DNA from: an uncultured Planctomycetia bacterium
GTDB taxonomy: Bacteria > Omnitrophota > Gorgyraeia > Duberdicusellales > 4484-171
Direction of reading: 5' to 3'
Assembly: GCA_964536865.1 (NCBI GenBank)
Contig: CAZHYN010000006.1
Span: 30,001 to 62,000 of the forward strand
Length of the DNA: 32,000 nt
A program made the position numbers and the translations under genes. Shown here in pieces: positions 14,861-23,299 of the stretch. A model generated the notes under the pieces. That model was not told the origin of the DNA, did no database searches, and saw nothing but the letters and a program-made list of their open reading frames with translations. The stretch's first letter is position 1. Each line of letters opens with the position of its first letter.

Positions 14861-16258
14861 TTAATACTTCAGAATATACTTTTCAATCTTTTGCGGAGAG
14901 TCTAAATCTCTGTTAATTTCTTTCCAGACGTCTTTGCTCTCCATGCATAAATATATAGGTGTTTTTGTGTCGTATTTTCTTATCCAGGATATCGTTTTTT
15001 TATAAATTTCAATTCTTAAAAATGCAGGATACCTCAATTTTTTATCTTCTCCTAAAAAGAGCTCTCCATAGAATATCTTACTTTCTGGAAATCTTTGCTC
15101 AACAATATCTTTTAACTCTCTCGGACCACGAAGAGTTCCTAGGCTGATCCATTTAAAAGGAGGGTTTAAGGTGCGATACAATTCATCTATTATCTTCCTA
15201 TAAGAATTTTCCCATCCCTCAAAATATATTATAGGATCGAAATGAAATCCTAAAGAAAAGCCCTTCCTCTGTACCTCTTTAGCTGATTCAATCCTTTCTT
15301 CTAAAGTGGAAGTACCTATCTCTTCTTTTTCTATGATTTCCCAGGGATTGAGAGACCAAGAAATGACTATATTAGGAGAGGCTTGACATTCTAAGAGATT
15401 GTTTATTTTTTTACTCTTTGTTTTTAACTCAAAATATAGATTTTTATCTTTAAAAAAATTAATTAAAATTTTGCTATACTCAGTGATATCATCTAAAGCT
15501 AAAGAGTCACAGAACTCACCTGTGCCAATTCTTATTGGTTTTTTTAATTTTCTGTAGAATTCTTTAAATTTACTAAAAAAGTCGTCCAAATTTGAAGGGA
15601 GGATGACGCCAGGAAAGTTAGAGTAAACTTGAAGGTAACAGTAAGTACAATCAAAGGGACAGCCAAAACCTAAGTTAAATATCCAATAGTTACATCTCAA
15701 TACATTTTTTGTGCAGGGGCAGGGCTTTAAGAAGTCCCACCTTTCCTTTACTACAAAAATAATTGGTTTTTTAAAATCTGCTAAGCTGAACTTATGTGTT
15801 TTTAAATATTCAGCATAGTAGGGGATCTCGCAAATTTCTATATAAGGAAATTTCTTTTTTATCTTCTTTATAAGATAACTACATTTAGCCTCTTTTTCTA
15901 CAAATACCTTTTGAGGAATGATACTTTCTTGATGTGGAGAGGGGTGATAACAGTTTCGGAGAGGTTCTTTTAAAGATGAGAGGTAAATAGTTTTTGTATC
16001 AATTTTAGAGAGCCTTGCTGTGAGGGGGAATCTTAAATTTATCAGGTTTTCCTTTAAAACGAAGAATTTATTTCTTCCACCTGTTTTTCTTATTCTGGGA
16101 TTATTCTTCAATTCTTCTATTAGAGTGTAAGGTTGTATATCTTTAATAATACATATTTCATATATTAAACGCTGTAAGTCTCTGAGCTGATTGCGGTTAG
16201 GAGAGAAAGCAACTTCCCTTTCTAAAATAGATTTTAAATTTTTTAGAGCCTCTTGCAT
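14861..16258 (-). CDS. Spore-photoproduct-lyase-family radical SAM protein with a ~130-aa N-terminal extension
   Basis: 465 aa. FLKPCPCT....RCNYWIFNLGFGCPFDCTYCYLQ matches the SPL-family CxxxCxxC region. It ends 10 nt upstream of the fusion gene. Confidence 0.7.
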   Translation of the reverse strand: MQEALKNLKSILEREVAFSPNRNQLRDLQRLIYEICIIKDIQPYTLIEELKNNPRIRKTGGRNKFFVLKENLINLRFPLTARLSKIDTKTIYLSSLKEPLRNCYHPSPHQESIIPQKVFVEKEAKCSYLIKKIKKKFPYIEICEIPYYAEYLKTHKFSLADFKKPIIFVVKERWDFLKPCPCTKNVLRCNYWIFNLGFGCPFDCTYCYLQVYSNFPGVILPSNLDDFFSKFKEFYRKLKKPIRIGTGEFCDSLALDDITEYSKILINFFKDKNLYFELKTKSKKINNLLECQASPNIVISWSLNPWEIIEKEEIGTSTLEERIESAKEVQRKGFSLGFHFDPIIYFEGWENSYRKIIDELYRTLNPPFKWISLGTLRGPRELKDIVEQRFPESKIFYGELFLGEDKKLRYPAFLRIEIYKKTISWIRKYDTKTPIYLCMESKDVWKEINRDLDSPQKIEKYILKY

Positions 16259-16363
16259 AAGTTAACCCAAAATTTGCACCAGAGTTTTGAAAAACTCTCT
16301 AATCATTCAAAATGTTATAGTTTACAGTAAAGCTTTACACCAAAAAGATACAAAGGCAAATTC

Positions 16364-16413
16364 CAGCCCATTTTTAATGGGCTGGGTTAACCCAGCCCTT
16401 TCAAAAGAAAGGG
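16364..16413. promoter_or_regulatory. Overlapping, mutually exclusive palindromes at the GT2 stop codon (terminator/attenuator-like)
   Basis: The elements are CAGCCCA-TTTTTAA-TGGGCTG (16364-16384), the perfect 20-nt palindrome GGGCTGGGTTAACCCAGCCC (16379-16398), and CCCTTT-CAAAAG-AAAGGG (16396-16413). Confidence 0.45.
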
Positions 16414-17294
16414 CTTCTCCTTTTTAGACAAATTTTTCTAATGAAAAATTTGGGGTTAAATTTTTCCATCAACTCTTTATAAAATTTTGCCTCTTCGTTT
16501 TTACCTCTTTTTAATGCGCCCTTTATATAGATGCTACATTTTTTCTTTAGCTCTTCTATAGCTAAATTCCTTTTTTCCTCATCAAGAGTATTGTTTTCAA
16601 GTAATTTTTTTATAGCATATATTCTATATTTATCTAAAGCAGGATACTTTTTTGATTGTTGGTCAGGATGTCCTCCTTCTTTGATAGTTAAGTACTCAGG
16701 AATAAGCTTCACAGGGTATTTAGAAGTTACTCTCAGCCAAAAATCATAATCTTCACATACCGGCATATTTTCATCAAACTTTCCAATATCTTCAAATATA
16801 CTTTTGTGAATGCAGGCAGTAGAGATGCTAATGCAACAGAGCCTTAAAGCATATTTAAAAACTATTCCTTGAGGTTTTTTGTGGTATTTCTTTTGAGGAA
16901 GAAGTTTTCCGTTTCTGTACCATATCTCCTCGGTATGGAATATCTTACAATCAGGATATTTTTTTATATAACTATAAGTAATTTCTAGTTTATGATGAAG
17001 AAATCTATCGTCGGAATCAAGGAAGCAGATATATTTCCCTTTGGATTCGTTTATTCCCTTATTTCGTGCTGAACCAGGTCCTCGATTTTGCTGATAGAAA
17101 TAGCGTATAGTTTTTAGGGGATAGCGTTTAGTGAAATCTTCTATTATTTTTTCTGTATTATCTGTAGAGCCATCATCTACAATGATTAATTCAAAATCTT
17201 CAAAAATTTGATGGAGTACACTTTCTACAGCAATTTTAAGGAAATAGAAGCGGTTGTAAGTAGGGATGATTATACTAAAAAACGGCATTTTCAT
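16401..17294 (-). CDS. Family 2 glycosyltransferase
   Basis: It has FSIIIPTYNR....AVESVLHQ.F.DFELIIVDDGSTDNT and a later DSDD motif. The track start at 17324 is TTG. I prefer ATG 17294 (MKMPFFSIII...), which still overlaps the upstream gene. Confidence 0.85.
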   Translation of the reverse strand: MKMPFFSIIIPTYNRFYFLKIAVESVLHQIFEDFELIIVDDGSTDNTEKIIEDFTKRYPLKTIRYFYQQNRGPGSARNKGINESKGKYICFLDSDDRFLHHKLEITYSYIKKYPDCKIFHTEEIWYRNGKLLPQKKYHKKPQGIVFKYALRLCCISISTACIHKSIFEDIGKFDENMPVCEDYDFWLRVTSKYPVKLIPEYLTIKEGGHPDQQSKKYPALDKYRIYAIKKLLENNTLDEEKRNLAIEELKKKCSIYIKGALKRGKNEEAKFYKELMEKFNPKFFIRKICLKRRSPFF

Positions 17295-18123
17295 AGGTAA
17301 TTTTAGAATTATAGAATTTATCAAAATCAGGCCTAATAAAGTAAAGTTTAAACTTATATTTTTTGTTCACTTGGAGAGCAGTCTCTTTTAATTTTTCTGA
17401 AAAATTATAGTAACTTTCCTTATCTCTGTAAATGTTTTCAATACTTTTACCAAGGCTTTCATCTACTTTCTTTATTTTTTCTAAAATCTCAAGAAAATTC
17501 CCCATTTTGCTATGGTAAAGTTCTATATTTACCTCAGTAGTTAATCCTTTCATAAGAGGAAAAATTTCTTCTAGAGAGCTAAGGTAAGGAATAAATGGAC
17601 CAATGTGAATTCTTAAAGGTATACCTGCTCTTTTTATTTCTCTAATTACCGCTATTCTTCTTTTAAGAGAGGGCGAATTTTCCTCTACCAGAGATTTTAT
17701 CTTTTCTTCAGAGAAATTGAAGGTAAAAAAAATACGATTTTTTTTGTTAACTTTAATGAGAGAGAGGTATTTTCGTATTAAAGGAGATTTGGTTAGAATT
17801 GTATAAGAAATATTGTTTTTGTTCAAGATTTGGATAATCTTTTTACTAATACCATAGGTTAATTCTGCGTAAGTAAAACATTCACAGCTAGAGCCCAAAA
17901 TTACTTTCTCTACATTCCGGTATTTTAATTCTTTTTCCAGAATTAAGGGAGCATTAATTTTTATTCCCAAAGTTTCTCTATCTCTTTGAGCGGTTTTGGT
18001 GAATCTAGTATAACAGTATAAGCATCCGAATTCACATCCTCGGTAAGGGTTAATACAGAAAGGAGCTAGACTAATTTGAGTAGGAACTAGAACCTTTTGA
18101 GTTTTGATAAGTTTAATTTCCAT
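17275..18123 (-). CDS. Radical SAM protein, COG1533 (SplB/'DNA repair photolyase'-like) type
   Basis: 282 aa with INPYRGCEFGCLYCY near the N-terminus. It overlaps the B12-rSAM stop by 11 nt. Confidence 0.75.
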   Translation of the reverse strand: MEIKLIKTQKVLVPTQISLAPFCINPYRGCEFGCLYCYTRFTKTAQRDRETLGIKINAPLILEKELKYRNVEKVILGSSCECFTYAELTYGISKKIIQILNKNNISYTILTKSPLIRKYLSLIKVNKKNRIFFTFNFSEEKIKSLVEENSPSLKRRIAVIREIKRAGIPLRIHIGPFIPYLSSLEEIFPLMKGLTTEVNIELYHSKMGNFLEILEKIKKVDESLGKSIENIYRDKESYYNFSEKLKETALQVNKKYKFKLYFIRPDFDKFYNSKITYENAVF

Positions 18124-19372
18124 CTCTGTAAAAAAGATTGTTGATAAAACTTTTCGTATGGGGAATTTTTTCTCTTTCTAAGATAGAAATTAGTTTTTTT
18201 ACTCTAAAGAGTGTTTCTCTAGGTGGAAGATAGTTAGAAGAAAAGTAATCAATATAAGGGTTAATTTGAGCTATCTTAGGGATAAATTCTTTATTCTTTA
18301 CTATGAATTCAGCTGTTTCCTGAAAATCTTTCTTTTCTTCTTGAGGAAAGCCAACTATCAAACTTACCTCAAAGTGCAAGTTTTCTTTTTTTAAAATCTT
18401 AAATAGCGCTAAGGCTTCTTCTTTAGTAAATCCTTTATTCATTGCTTCCAATACTTTATTAGATGCACTTTCTAACCCAATAAAAAGGTTAAAACATCCA
18501 CTCTTCTTTAACAGTCTGGCTAAATCTTTAGTAAAATCCCTCTTTACTATTAGCTGAGCTTCCCAACTTATCTTCAGATTCTTTCTTAATATGAGACTAC
18601 AGAACTCCTCTAACCAATTTAGGTTGCCATTGATGAGAGAATCCTGAAAAACGAAATTATTAATTTTGTATTTATCAACCAAAAAATTTATCTGTTCTGT
18701 CAAATAGAGAGGAGAATGTTGCCTGAACTTAACGGTGAGAAATTTTTCTGCACAAAATTTACACCTCCTTATGCATCCTCTTGAAGAATAAAGAGGTAGC
18801 ATCGATGAGTAAAATTCTATATTGCAATCATTAAATTCACAGAAGGGAATTTCATCCAGATTTTCTAACTCATCATGGATAATTATCTTTTCCTTGGAGG
18901 AGTTTAAAATTCTTTCTATAGATTTCTCACCTTCTCCTATCACCCAGCTAAAATTATCGTTTAAATATTCTTTCCTCATTTTCATAAAAAGAACTTCCGG
19001 CCCTCCAATGACTATTTTTTTCTTAGGGTAAGCAGATTTTACTTCTTCTATAAAGGAGAAAGTAAAAGGTCTATTTCTTTTATAAAGAGAAAAGCCAATC
19101 AGATTTGCATTCTTTAATTTCTTGAAGATATTCTTTATGATTTGAGGGTGTTTTCTCTTTATTAAGGAGAATAAATTCTCTTCAAACTTTTTATCTAAGG
19201 ATAGCCAAGTTCTTTTGTCTGTGCCCAGGAGTTTGTAACAGAGGATGTTTAAATCTATTATTTTTACTTCAATCTTTCTTTTTTTAGAATAATTTTTAAT
19301 AAACTCTAAACCTAAAGGGGGTGTTTTAATCCAATGAGGGGGGCAGAGAAGGCAATAGACTAAAGCTTTCAT
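18113..19372 (-). CDS. B12-binding-domain (class B) radical SAM protein
   Basis: 419 aa. It has an N-terminal Rossmann-like cobalamin-binding-type region (..LIGFS....IVIGGPE..), then SSRGCIRRCKFCAE (CxxxCxxC). Confidence 0.75.
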   Translation of the reverse strand: MKALVYCLLCPPHWIKTPPLGLEFIKNYSKKRKIEVKIIDLNILCYKLLGTDKRTWLSLDKKFEENLFSLIKRKHPQIIKNIFKKLKNANLIGFSLYKRNRPFTFSFIEEVKSAYPKKKIVIGGPEVLFMKMRKEYLNDNFSWVIGEGEKSIERILNSSKEKIIIHDELENLDEIPFCEFNDCNIEFYSSMLPLYSSRGCIRRCKFCAEKFLTVKFRQHSPLYLTEQINFLVDKYKINNFVFQDSLINGNLNWLEEFCSLILRKNLKISWEAQLIVKRDFTKDLARLLKKSGCFNLFIGLESASNKVLEAMNKGFTKEEALALFKILKKENLHFEVSLIVGFPQEEKKDFQETAEFIVKNKEFIPKIAQINPYIDYFSSNYLPPRETLFRVKKLISILEREKIPHTKSFINNLFYRDGN

Positions 19373-19400
19373 CTTATTATAATATTAAATTGAAGCAATT

Positions 19401-20513
19401 ATGATGGGTTATCATCTGTATATTCACATTCCCTTTTGTAAAAGTAAATGTCCTTACTGCGATTTCTACAGTTTACCTTACGAGGAAAGTCTAGCTCGTC
19501 AGTATATAGATATTTTATCTAAAGAAATCAGAAATTTAAATATAAATGTGACAACAACCTACATTGGTGGTGGTACCCCTACAGTGTTAAGTCCTAATCT
19601 ATTAGATTCTCTACTTAAGAGTATGGAGAGGATAATTAGAAGATCCAAAGAAGTCACAATTGAGGCAAATCCTGAGAGTTTAACCGATGATAAACTAAAG
19701 TTATTCTTAAAAAAAGGAATAAACAGAATAAGCATTGGAATTCAATCTTTAAGAGAGGATAAATTGAAGTTTTTAGGAAGAATTCACTCTACTGGAGAGG
19801 GAATAGGTGCGGTTTATAAAGCAAAAAGAATTGGTTTCAAGAATATAAGTGTGGATTTAATCTATGGAGTACCTTATGAAACCTTAGAAAGTTGGCGCAA
19901 AGAACTTAAAGCTATAGTAAAGTTGCCCGTTACTCATATATCTTGTTATAGTTTAACACCGGAAGAATCTACCCCTTTCTATAAATTTAAAGAAGAGATA
20001 GATGAAGATACTGTTGCTCAGATGTTCCTCTACAATATGAATTATCTTCCTCGTAAGGGGTTTTATCATTACGAGGTTTCTAATTTTGCCAAAAGAGATT
20101 ATCAATGCAAACATAATTTAGCTTATTGGGATAACGCTCCTTATATTGGGTTAGGTCCGTCGGCGGTATCTTTTATAGAGGGAAGGAGAGTTAAGAATGT
20201 AGAGGATATCCAAAGATATATTGAAGGTAAAAACTCAAAAAAATACTTGATAATAGAGGAGAGACTTTCTCCTTTCCGTAGAGCTAAAGAAACTGTCTGT
20301 TTAAATTTGAGAAGGAAAGTAGGTGTGGAATTTGTCAGGTTTAGAGAAAAAACAGGTTTCGATTTTTGGGAGATAGAGGATAGAGATGTAGTAAGAAGAT
20401 TAATCAAAAATGGCTTTCTTCGTTATAAAAAAAGAGGAAAAGAGATTATAGGGTTGTTTTTGACTAAAAAAGGATTTCTCTATGCTGATGAGGTATGTTC
20501 TGAATTAATTTAA
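19401..20513 (+). CDS. hemW: Radical SAM heme chaperone HemW (HemN-like, oxygen-independent coproporphyrinogen oxidase family)
   Basis: 370 aa with LYIHIPFCKSKCPYCDF, YIGGGTP, EANPE and RISIGIQS motifs, plus a C-terminal HemN_C-like region. Confidence 0.85.
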   Translation: MMGYHLYIHIPFCKSKCPYCDFYSLPYEESLARQYIDILSKEIRNLNINVTTTYIGGGTPTVLSPNLLDSLLKSMERIIRRSKEVTIEANPESLTDDKLKLFLKKGINRISIGIQSLREDKLKFLGRIHSTGEGIGAVYKAKRIGFKNISVDLIYGVPYETLESWRKELKAIVKLPVTHISCYSLTPEESTPFYKFKEEIDEDTVAQMFLYNMNYLPRKGFYHYEVSNFAKRDYQCKHNLAYWDNAPYIGLGPSAVSFIEGRRVKNVEDIQRYIEGKNSKKYLIIEERLSPFRRAKETVCLNLRRKVGVEFVRFREKTGFDFWEIEDRDVVRRLIKNGFLRYKKRGKEIIGLFLTKKGFLYADEVCSELI

Positions 20514-20530
20514 TAATCCTATAATTTATT

Positions 20531-20558
20531 TTGCTACCACACAATTATTTGTTATAAT
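20531..20558 (+). promoter_or_regulatory. Putative sigma70 promoter (TTGCTA-N16-TATAAT) upstream of tRNA-Thr
   Basis: The hexamers were read directly. An imperfect inverted repeat, CCACACAATTAT...TATAATTTGTGG, overlaps the -10. Confidence 0.45.
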
Positions 20559-20588
20559 TTGTGGAAGTTTGTATGCAAAGATAGAAAT

Positions 20589-20620
20589 GCTAATATAATT
20601 CAGTTGGCAGAGTAATTCTG
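20589..20620 (+). pseudogene. Degenerate tRNA 5'-half-like remnant abutting tRNA-Thr
   Basis: GCTAATA-TA-ATTC-AGTTGGCA-GAGT-A-ATTCT aligns with the acceptor/D-arm layout. The D-arm block TA..TCAGTTGG.AGAG.A is conserved, and most differences from tRNA-Thr are toward A/T. Confidence 0.35.
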
Positions 20621-20627
20621 TATCTTT

Positions 20628-20699
20628 GCCGGGATAGCTCAGTGGTAGAGCAGGTGCTTCGTAAGCATCAGGTCGAGAGTTCGAATCTCTCTCCCGGCT
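20628..20699 (+). tRNA. tRNA-Thr (anticodon CGU), CCA not encoded
   Basis: Manual cloverleaf: GCCGGGA/TA/GCTC-AGTGGTA-GAGC/A/GGTGC-TTCGTAA-GCATC/AGGTC/GAGAG-TTCGAAT-CTCTC/TCCCGGC/T. Confidence 0.9.
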
Positions 20700-20724
20700 T
20701 ATAAATAGAGATACCAGATAACTC

Positions 20725-20749
20725 AGAGGTTCAAATCCTCTCTCCGGCT
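20725..20749 (+). pseudogene. Orphan tRNA 3' third (complete T-arm + acceptor 3' strand), non-identical to tRNA-Thr
   Basis: AGAGG-TTCAAAT-CCTCT-CTCCGGC-T lies 26 nt after tRNA-Thr and ends 1 nt before the AAGGAG Shine-Dalgarno of the MFS gene. There is no room upstream for the rest of a tRNA. Confidence 0.6.
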
Positions 20750-20760
20750 AAGGAGATGAG

Positions 20761-22020
20761 ATGTTTGTATCTTACTTTAAGGTCTTAAAAAGGAGAAATT
20801 TTTTTCTTCTATGGTTTGGTCAGGTAATTTCTCAATTTGGAGATCGTCTCACCCAGATGGCCCTGATAGGTTTAGTGTATGAGCTTATGCCTCATTCCTC
20901 TATGAGTTTAGCTAAGGTTATGAGTTTACCTGTGTTGGCGGTACTATTAATTTCCCCAGTAGCAGGAGTTTATGTAGATAGATGGCAAAAAAGAAAGACT
21001 ATGTATGTAAGTGATTTCTTAAGAGGAATATGTATAGCCCTTATTTTCATTCTGATTTTTAAGTTTAAAACAATGATTTTTATCTACTTCCTTATTTTTC
21101 TTTCTTTTTGTGTAGGTAGATTTTTTATCCCTGCTAAGATGGCTATAATTCCTACTCTAGTAGATCAAAAGGATCTCCTCTTAGCTAACTCATTAGTTTC
21201 AATTACTGCTATGATTGCTGCTATTTTAGGTTTTGGTTTAGGGGGGATAATTGTAGAAAAGTTAGGTGTAAAAGTAGCTTTTTTAATAGATAGTGTGACT
21301 TTTTTCCTTTCTTCCTTAGCAGTACTTTCTATGAGGGTACAAGAAAGAGGGTTATTTAGTCCGAAGGATTTTCTTGATTTAAGTAAGCAAGCTATTGAAG
21401 AGGTAAAACGTTCTTTTATATTTGAGATGAAAGAAGGATTAAAGTATCTTCTTAAAAGTAAAGAGACCCGTTATGCTGCCCAGGTATTTTTTCTTCTTTT
21501 TTCCTGTTTAGGCTCTCTTTATGTAGTATTCATTGTTTTTATTCAAAATACCCTTTCTTCAGTTACTTTAGATTTAGGATACCTTGCTGTAGGTCTGGGC
21601 ACAGGGTTATTTGTGGGTTCTTTAATTTATGGAAAGATAGGTAAAAGGTACCCTTTTAAAAAATCAATAAATGTATCTTTACTCATCAATAGTATTTATT
21701 TAATATCATTTGTTACTGTACTGAAGTTTCACCCCTCTAAATTTTTTGCTTTCTTTTCTTGTTTTCTTCTAGGAGGATTTTCATCTCCTGTTGTGGTGGG
21801 AATTAATGCTTTAATTCATAGTGAAAGTCAAAATATTTTTTGGGGTAGAATTTTTAGTTCTCTGGAAGTAGTGATGCATTTTGCATTTATAGCTTTTATG
21901 TTTTTATCTTCTTATCTAGCAGGATTTTTTTCTCCCTTTACAATAATTGTGAGTGTAGGTATAATTATATTCTTTTTTTCCTCCTTTAGATTACTTAATG
22001 AGCCTAAAGGCAATGATTAG
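20761..22020 (+). CDS. MFS transporter
   Basis: 419 aa with ~12 hydrophobic segments. The N-terminal motif FFLLWFGQVISQFGDRLTQMAL is typical of an MFS_3/enterobactin-exporter-like family. AAGGAG lies 6 nt upstream. Confidence 0.75.
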   Translation: MFVSYFKVLKRRNFFLLWFGQVISQFGDRLTQMALIGLVYELMPHSSMSLAKVMSLPVLAVLLISPVAGVYVDRWQKRKTMYVSDFLRGICIALIFILIFKFKTMIFIYFLIFLSFCVGRFFIPAKMAIIPTLVDQKDLLLANSLVSITAMIAAILGFGLGGIIVEKLGVKVAFLIDSVTFFLSSLAVLSMRVQERGLFSPKDFLDLSKQAIEEVKRSFIFEMKEGLKYLLKSKETRYAAQVFFLLFSCLGSLYVVFIVFIQNTLSSVTLDLGYLAVGLGTGLFVGSLIYGKIGKRYPFKKSINVSLLINSIYLISFVTVLKFHPSKFFAFFSCFLLGGFSSPVVVGINALIHSESQNIFWGRIFSSLEVVMHFAFIAFMFLSSYLAGFFSPFTIIVSVGIIIFFFSSFRLLNEPKGND

Positions 22021-23299
22021 AGTAGAGGAATATAAGTTGCCTCAACATGATTTACCTTCAGAGAAATTTTTACATCCCAAAAAGGTATATCTTCCTTTAA
22101 GCCAGCATATAGGCAAACCTTCCAAAGAATCGGTAGGTTTAGGAGACTTAGTTGATGAAGGGGAGCTTATTGCTAAACCGGGAGGAAAAGTTTCAAGTTC
22201 CCTCCATGCTCCTAAGAAAGGGAAGATTGTAGCCATAGAGTATTTTCCTCATCCTGTATTAAAAAGATATAAAGGTATTACAATTGAGTGTCAAGAGGAG
22301 GAGAAGAAATACTTTAGGACAAAAGACCCTTCTCTTTTGGACAAAGAGAAGATTTTACAGATTATAGAGAGTGCAGGAATAGTAGGAATGGGGGGAGCAG
22401 GATTTCCCACTCATATAAAGTTAAACCCTCCTAAAAAGATTGATACTTTAATTATCAATGGGTGCGAATGCGAACCTTACTTAGCTTGTGATTATCGATT
22501 GATGGTAGAAAATACTCAAGGGGTATTTGGAGGAGTAGAACTTATCTGTAAAATATTACAACCAAAGAGAGTTTTTTTCTGTATAGAAGAGAATAAGCCT
22601 GAGGCGATAAAGAGATTTAATTCTTCTATAAGTATCAAAAAGTATGACCTTCCTTCTCCTCAGATAGTAGTGTTAAAATCTTACTATCCTCAGGGAGGAG
22701 AAAAGCAACTTATCTATAAGGTGACTAAGAGGAAAGTTCCTTCAGGAGGGTTTCCTTTCGACGTGGGGTGTTTAGTTCAAAATGTTGCTACTTGTTTTTC
22801 TATTTATCAAGCAGTCTATTACTCTAAACCTCTCATAGAGAGATTGGTAACTTTCGCAGGAGACAGTCTCCTTAATCCTAAGAATATTTGGGTAAAGGTA
22901 GGAACTCTTATCAGTGAACTTTTTAAACAAGGTATTCTTCAATTTAAAAAAGAGCCTAGAAAAGTAATTTTGGGAGGACCAATGATGGGTATTGCTTTGG
23001 ATAGTTTAGATTACCCTATTCTTAAAACTACCACTGGGGTGCTTTTTCTTTCCCAAGATAGAATAGACCAAGAGCCGGAACAAGAATGTATTCGTTGTGC
23101 AAGATGTGTGGATGTCTGTCCTATGGGCCTTTTACCTTTAGAATTTGTTAAAAGAATAAAACGAGGGGAATTTGAAAAGTTAGATGAAGTTTTTATAAAA
23201 GATTGTATTGAATGTGGATGTTGTAGTTGGGGTTGTCCAGCAAAAATTCCCATCGTTCACTACATAAAGGTAGGTAAGTTGTATGGAACTCATAGTTAG
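21998..23299 (+). CDS. rnfC: Rnf complex subunit C
   Basis: 433 aa with GMGGAGFPTHIKL and two ferredoxin motifs, CIRCARCVDVCP and CIECGCCSWGCP. Confidence 0.9.
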   Translation: MSLKAMIRVEEYKLPQHDLPSEKFLHPKKVYLPLSQHIGKPSKESVGLGDLVDEGELIAKPGGKVSSSLHAPKKGKIVAIEYFPHPVLKRYKGITIECQEEEKKYFRTKDPSLLDKEKILQIIESAGIVGMGGAGFPTHIKLNPPKKIDTLIINGCECEPYLACDYRLMVENTQGVFGGVELICKILQPKRVFFCIEENKPEAIKRFNSSISIKKYDLPSPQIVVLKSYYPQGGEKQLIYKVTKRKVPSGGFPFDVGCLVQNVATCFSIYQAVYYSKPLIERLVTFAGDSLLNPKNIWVKVGTLISELFKQGILQFKKEPRKVILGGPMMGIALDSLDYPILKTTTGVLFLSQDRIDQEPEQECIRCARCVDVCPMGLLPLEFVKRIKRGEFEKLDEVFIKDCIECGCCSWGCPAKIPIVHYIKVGKLYGTHS

